Shown here piece by piece: positions 58,708 through 64,000 of a stretch of 64,000 nucleotides of DNA (positions within the stretch are counted from its first letter, which is position 1; each line of letters begins with the position of its first letter). The notes below the pieces were generated by a model, which was not told the DNA's origin, did not search any database, and saw only the letters and a program-made list of their open reading frames with translations. The position numbers and the translations under genes are program-made. Location of the stretch: the sequence record LR588166.1, one strand, 5' to 3'.

Positions 58708-61700
58708 CTACGGAGTTAATCCACTTCCAGGTCTGTTTTGTAAGAATATAGCCCAGGGAGTTGTACTTAGAGCAAGTCCACCGTTATTATTTTCCCATAT
58801 GTACTTACCTGTATCTTCTTGTTCTTGTTTATACGAACCGTCAAATACCCTAGTATATAGCGGCACAGTTGTATCTCCGTTTGTTCCGGTATATACAGAT
58901 GTCCCTAATGATCCCCTAGTCAATCCATGTAATTTATTACCGCGTTTATATAAGAATTCTATACGTTCTGTTCCTATCCAAACTACACCGGGTTTACTAC
59001 TAGACGGATCTACTATTGCAGATGCATCTACTAACTCTATAGATTTATCTGTAAGTTTTAATGGTTTAGCTAATCTAGTGCTATAATAATCAGAAATCCT
59101 AACATAGTGTGTTTCGCCCATTTCATCTAGGTGTACCCTAAAACTTAGTGGTTTGGCAGGATATTTGATTACAACATTATCACCTTGCATTGTAACTGGA
59201 TTTATGAAATTGTGTTGTTCATTGAATACAGCTACCCACGAATTATTAACAATATCGGTTACTTTTTGAATGTTTGTTTCAGTCCAATCGATTCGTATAA
59301 TATCGCCTGCGTTGAGAGTACCCTTATATACTACTAATAACTTAGCATTATCACCTGTTATATTTGTGAATTCTATAGTGTAGTCTTTGTCTTTAGTTTT
59401 ACTAATTCCATTTATATAAACTGTCTCTCCTACAAAATTACGTATACTAGTATCTACAGTGAAAAGTTTTGTATTTGTATACAACATTTCTTTACTCTTA
59501 CGAGTATATAAATTATTAGACACACTGATCATTCTTTTGTTAGCAGCAACAAACATGTCTATTGTCTGCAACTTATATTCAGATGTAGTAACAGAAGTTA
59601 TGTTATATTTGTTCATTACATACGAAACATAATCATCTAACTTCATTATAGAATAAGATTGATATTTAACTGTAATTACAGTTCCTGCACTCGGTGCAAT
59701 TTCAAAATTAATAACAAGTTCAGGAGTAATTCCACTATTATCTACAACTACTGTATAGCCATACATTGCAACTCCACTCGAATAAACACCCTGGACTCTG
59801 TTGGGGAGAATATTCATACCTGTATGTATCATAGTATCTACACCATTTGCAGTAATATCTACGAACTTGTATGTAAGTTGTCCCGATGCCTGTGCAACTA
59901 CTTCGTCAGGATTAGCAATAGTTGGCATATCTATAGGTAGTAGATACACACTATCTGCATTTTCTGGAGAATCTATGCTTGGATCCCAAGCAAATGTATC
60001 CCATGTGTTTATATCTTTATTTTGTTTTGTATTTCTTAAATCTACAGTTATGTATCCTTGAGTATTATCCCTTACTACTGAATTAGTATCAAACCTATAA
60101 TCGTTAGCTACAGTAGTTTGTGAAGTATAATTATCTTTATAGACTACTGATATAATATCACCTGTACTGAAACTAGTAGGATATGCAATGACTACGGTAT
60201 TAATGCCGTTGTTATCTATATTAAACTTCAATTTGTCTTCAGTATTAGGATCTCCGTTTATAACTAACCCTATTATGTCCTGTAACACTATTTTTTCAGT
60301 TAATACTATTTTAACAAACGGATTCGAAGTATCTGTATTAGTAACAACATACTGAACTTCTGTAGTTTTCGCATTAGAATCTACAATAATAACCATATTC
60401 TCTGTAGGAGATACTAATGCTTGTTCTTCCGGGATTCCTTCTCTTACGTTAGTATCTTCAAAATATGCACCATCTATTATAGGCTTACTAGTGTCACTGT
60501 TAAATGTATTAGTAACAGGATTAAAAGTAAACACTATTTCGTCACCTTCTACTGCGCCAGGAACTTCTATAGATGTAAAATTAGAACCTTTTGTAGCAGT
60601 GTATTGTGTAGAAGATCCATTTAGTGTTACGCCAGTTATATCTACTACATATCGTATGACAAATGTTGTTTTTCCTTCCGATATAACTGTTGCACTTGTT
60701 TCAGTATAATTAGGAGTAATAACATACGTAGCAGTAGAGGCATCCCATGCATATTCGTCCCATTTTGTACTATCCCACGGTCTGCTAAATATGTACTCAA
60801 AATCTTTAGCATCTATTACCTTACCTTCATAGTCACACCCATATTCGTCACCGAAACGTTCGTTGAATTGGAATAAAACATCTCTCTCGCCAGCTGAACT
60901 TTCGTATAGACGTTCAGTAAACGAACTGTATGGATATGAACCGTTTATGGGTGCGGCACTTAAAATATCCCGTTGCAGGTCAGTTTGATATAAGATATAT
61001 CTTCCAGCGGCGCCAGAATATTGTAAGTATTCAGTCCATAATTGACGATTACCTTCTTGTATTGTGCCCGGTATACCCCAACGTAATTGACCCCACTTAG
61101 GAATACCCCAACCGCCTGCGATTTTACCAGCTGGATCTATTGCTAAATCAAATATAGGTTTAAGCACTTTACCGGGTTGTCTAGCATTATATTCTAACCT
61201 CATTTCCTCTAACGGAGTTTGGGTGAATTCTGTACCAGAATATAATTTTATTTTAGATCCTATTTTAATAAGAGTATTCGATTTAAATGTTACTTGTAGA
61301 TAGCCATTCTCGTTTATTTCTACATCATATTGCTCTTTAGTAATAGTTTTTCCATCTACCTTAATTTTCCAAACAGATTTTATATCAGTGTAGTTTACTA
61401 TTATTACATCACCTGCATCAGGAGTAGAAGGAAGTATTATAAATGTTGCATTTAATATTGTAGTGAATGTGTAACCTTCTATTTCTTGCCCATTTATTGT
61501 TACAGATGTTATTCTAGAAATATCTTTATTAGCACCTAATTGATATTGAGAAATTCCATCTAATGCTATAAATTCATCATTAGGAGTATTTGCTATAAGA
61601 ACTACTTGACCACCGGTACCGATAAATGTTTGGTCGCCTAAGTCTATATAATTCGGTTTAGTTATGTAACCACATTGTACTCGATCGTATAACGAATTTA

Positions 61701-64000
61701 TATCAAATAATCTAGGTACTTCTATCGGACGGAATGGTGCTTGTTCTCCCTCGTGGTCGTCTGGCCAATCGTATAATGAATCATAGTCATATGCTGTTCC
61801 GTTTGCGATATCCATAGGAACATTATATTTTACCCCTAAGTCTCTTATTTTTGTAGTATACGGTTTAATTTCTTTTATATAAGAAATAAAACTCTGTATA
61901 GGATCAGTTGTAACCGATTCTTGCTGAGTTAAACTTTCTCCTTCTTGATTAACTTTTATATAAGTAGTCTTGAATACCCAATCTAAGTTTTGTTGCTCAG
62001 ATAAAATATAATTTATTAACGCAAAGAACACTAAGTTCCTCATTACTAAGTTTGCGTCTTTAAACACATTGTTATAAAGAGCAAATATTAGTTCTCGCAG
62101 TGCATTATCATTTGTATACGATCTAGATACTGTATAGATTGCAGGCAACAACTGAATAGCACTGTTCTGACGTCCAATTAGCGTAAAATTTTGATTACTG
62201 TATTGATAAAGTGTAAATTCTTCAGGTCTTACTAATTTAACTATATCGCCGTCTTTTAGTTTTCCTACAAGTCCTGTTAATTCACCTACAGTAGACACTT
62301 GTTTTACAGGTGTTGTATTAAATTGATTAAATCCGTCAGCATACCAGTTTACATATCTCCAAAGAACAGAAGACGCTAATCCGTCAGCCCATGCAGGATT
62401 AAAATCTTTTATAGATATAGTAGACAGAAGACTGTTTGCATTTTGAACAAATACTTTTCTTGCTGCCATTCTATTATCTATCATAGATTGTCTAGGTCTT
62501 ACTTTTATACCTAATTTACTAAATTCAGACAACGTAGGATCAGGAACTATATCTCCGTTTATGTTATATCCAACTAAACTATCTACTAATCTATTCCATA
62601 GATATGTAGGGATAACCGAAACTTCGTCGCCTTCCCTTAGTAGTTTCCATTCTGTATGTTTCTCGTTTATATTTTTAGTGTATCTATAATTAACCTGGAA
62701 TACTGGTGTTTTTCCATTAATAGTTTTTGATACATTAGAAAATACAAACGAATTATTTCCTATAAACGAGAACCATTTATAACCCTGCGATTTAGGATTA
62801 GTTATAAGATTTTCTACACTAGTAGAAGTCATATTTCTACTTTTTATATTATTAGGTATTTCTTGTTTACCTTTTACCCAATAATAATATATAGGTGTTG
62901 CTTGGCCAGCAGAATTAGTGTCATACCTGACAACATAATCTGTTAACGATTTCGGTGTGCCAGTGCCGTTGTATAAATCAGGCGTAAACGGACTTGAAAC
63001 CCATTCGTAGACATTTATTACTGAACCTGGGAATAGTTTACCCCAATTATCTCTTCTATATTCTAGAATTTGTTCTTTGGTTTCAGATCCATCTAATTTT
63101 CCAGGTTGTTCATATTGTAAATACCTGCAAGTAGATGTATCCCACCATAATCTTCCCACTTCAGAATCTGTAAATGCTAATTCGTCGTCTATATTTGCAG
63201 AATTAGCCGAAACAGAATATGTAGTAGGATCTATTTCTGATTTATAGTGAATGTTTCTATCAGCAGTTCCCGGTATTAATCCTTTGACTGGATCGTAAAC
63301 TGGTAGAAAATCTATAGTTTGTTTAGTGTCTTTATCATAGAAGTATGCATTTTCAAATAATTTACTATCTACTAAATTTTGTCTAGAACGAATATTTGTT
63401 ATAGTAGATCCGGAAACAACAGCAACAGCCCAGTCATTATCTGAATTTATACTATCAATCCATACTTTACCCGATGTTACGTTAACAGATGCATTATTTT
63501 TAAATCTCACATTTTTAAAGAATAAAGGATTCTGTATAGGTACATTAGTTACTTGTTTACCTTCTTTATCAAATATTGCATCTATAACACCGTCCGAATC
63601 TACAGTATACGAATATACCATATTGTTTATAACACAATACGGATATAGCGCATTAGTAGCAGGTGTTAGACCAGAGTATATAACAAATACACCCCAGTCG
63701 ATACCTACTGACGAGGCATTACCTACCCAAATGTAACTAGTTAGACTCGGTTTAGAAACATCTTTTCTTTCCCACAATGTAAATATATTTTTAGGATATA
63801 GTATTTGATGAGTAACATCTTTAGTGTTTACATACCCAGCTGTAGGTATATTTCCGTCTAGCTGTTTTGTAGTAGGAACTAATCTATCATTATACTTAAT
63901 CTCATTACCTACGATTACTGGCATTCTGCCATTAGGTTTAGATAGCCAACGCTCGTTGTCATCGCTATCTATAGTAATAATCATGTCATATGGACTATCT
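58708..64000 (-). CDS. giant baseplate wedge-like structural protein (5'-partial, >1758 aa)
   Basis: Frame remains open to the window edge (DSPYD before the first Met); IKEIKPYTTKIR and RGSLGT motifs typical of jumbo-phage baseplate proteins. Confidence 0.7.
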   Translation of the reverse strand, partial: DSPYDMIITIDSDDNERWLSKPNGRMPVIVGNEIKYNDRLVPTTKQLDGNIPTAGYVNTKDVTHQILYPKNIFTLWERKDVSKPSLTSYIWVGNASSVGIDWGVFVIYSGLTPATNALYPYCVINNMVYSYTVDSDGVIDAIFDKEGKQVTNVPIQNPLFFKNVRFKNNASVNVTSGKVWIDSINSDNDWAVAVVSGSTITNIRSRQNLVDSKLFENAYFYDKDTKQTIDFLPVYDPVKGLIPGTADRNIHYKSEIDPTTYSVSANSANIDDELAFTDSEVGRLWWDTSTCRYLQYEQPGKLDGSETKEQILEYRRDNWGKLFPGSVINVYEWVSSPFTPDLYNGTGTPKSLTDYVVRYDTNSAGQATPIYYYWVKGKQEIPNNIKSRNMTSTSVENLITNPKSQGYKWFSFIGNNSFVFSNVSKTINGKTPVFQVNYRYTKNINEKHTEWKLLREGDEVSVIPTYLWNRLVDSLVGYNINGDIVPDPTLSEFSKLGIKVRPRQSMIDNRMAARKVFVQNANSLLSTISIKDFNPAWADGLASSVLWRYVNWYADGFNQFNTTPVKQVSTVGELTGLVGKLKDGDIVKLVRPEEFTLYQYSNQNFTLIGRQNSAIQLLPAIYTVSRSYTNDNALRELIFALYNNVFKDANLVMRNLVFFALINYILSEQQNLDWVFKTTYIKVNQEGESLTQQESVTTDPIQSFISYIKEIKPYTTKIRDLGVKYNVPMDIANGTAYDYDSLYDWPDDHEGEQAPFRPIEVPRLFDINSLYDRVQCGYITKPNYIDLGDQTFIGTGGQVVLIANTPNDEFIALDGISQYQLGANKDISRITSVTINGQEIEGYTFTTILNATFIILPSTPDAGDVIIVNYTDIKSVWKIKVDGKTITKEQYDVEINENGYLQVTFKSNTLIKIGSKIKLYSGTEFTQTPLEEMRLEYNARQPGKVLKPIFDLAIDPAGKIAGGWGIPKWGQLRWGIPGTIQEGNRQLWTEYLQYSGAAGRYILYQTDLQRDILSAAPINGSYPYSSFTERLYESSAGERDVLFQFNERFGDEYGCDYEGKVIDAKDFEYIFSRPWDSTKWDEYAWDASTATYVITPNYTETSATVISEGKTTFVIRYVVDITGVTLNGSSTQYTATKGSNFTSIEVPGAVEGDEIVFTFNPVTNTFNSDTSKPIIDGAYFEDTNVREGIPEEQALVSPTENMVIIVDSNAKTTEVQYVVTNTDTSNPFVKIVLTEKIVLQDIIGLVINGDPNTEDKLKFNIDNNGINTVVIAYPTSFSTGDIISVVYKDNYTSQTTVANDYRFDTNSVVRDNTQGYITVDLRNTKQNKDINTWDTFAWDPSIDSPENADSVYLLPIDMPTIANPDEVVAQASGQLTYKFVDITANGVDTMIHTGMNILPNRVQGVYSSGVAMYGYTVVVDNSGITPELVINFEIAPSAGTVITVKYQSYSIMKLDDYVSYVMNKYNITSVTTSEYKLQTIDMFVAANKRMISVSNNLYTRKSKEMLYTNTKLFTVDTSIRNFVGETVYINGISKTKDKDYTIEFTNITGDNAKLLVVYKGTLNAGDIIRIDWTETNIQKVTDIVNNSWVAVFNEQHNFINPVTMQGDNVVIKYPAKPLSFRVHLDEMGETHYVRISDYYSTRLAKPLKLTDKSIELVDASAIVDPSSSKPGVVWIGTERIEFLYKRGNKLHGLTRGSLGTSVYTGTNGDTTVPLYTRVFDGSYKQEQEDTGKYIWENNNGGLALSTTPWAIFLQNRPGSGLTP

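Noticed and set aside
54938-60709. Plus-strand ORFs antisense to the virion genes
   Set aside because: Typical antisense shadows lacking RBS and coherent composition

Overview
AT-rich dsDNA phage segment, most likely from a lytic jumbo myovirus of Pseudomonas (inference; it resembles the PA5oct/MIJ3 type from memory, not verified). Layout: (1) ~1-15.1 kb and ~48.5-52.3 kb are tandem arrays of small, very AT-rich, translationally coupled paralogous ORFs sharing an hhhx(L/I)(Q/S)xxxxxI motif, including a hidden block of 40-56 aa mini-ORFs, with noncoding repeat arrays at 7.7-8.2, 48.0-48.2 and 50.0-50.1 kb. (2) 15.2-47.8 kb is an early-type region with many sigma70 promoters, a family of near-identical intrinsic terminators, more than 20 copies of a Fur-box-like palindrome (TGCAAATAAGAATnATTCTTATTTGCA), five promoter-bearing, ORF-free, highly structured RNA candidates (the largest ~620-750 nt), three GC-rich paralogs with a VFSAIRI motif and Ala/Lys-rich tails, and two GC-rich blocks of Pseudomonas-phage-like genes. 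(3) 53.5-64 kb is a minus-strand virion module (giant baseplate-type protein running off the window, two paralogous tail fibre-like proteins). Recognisable products: M23 peptidase, CX5R phosphatase, DenV-like glycosylase, DUF1566/Lcl-C protein, macrodomain-like protein, Rmf/CrpP-fold protein, a pilin-like mini-protein. No tRNA, rRNA, CRISPR array, integrase or reverse transcriptase was seen. All analysis was done by eye; no searches or folding programs were run.
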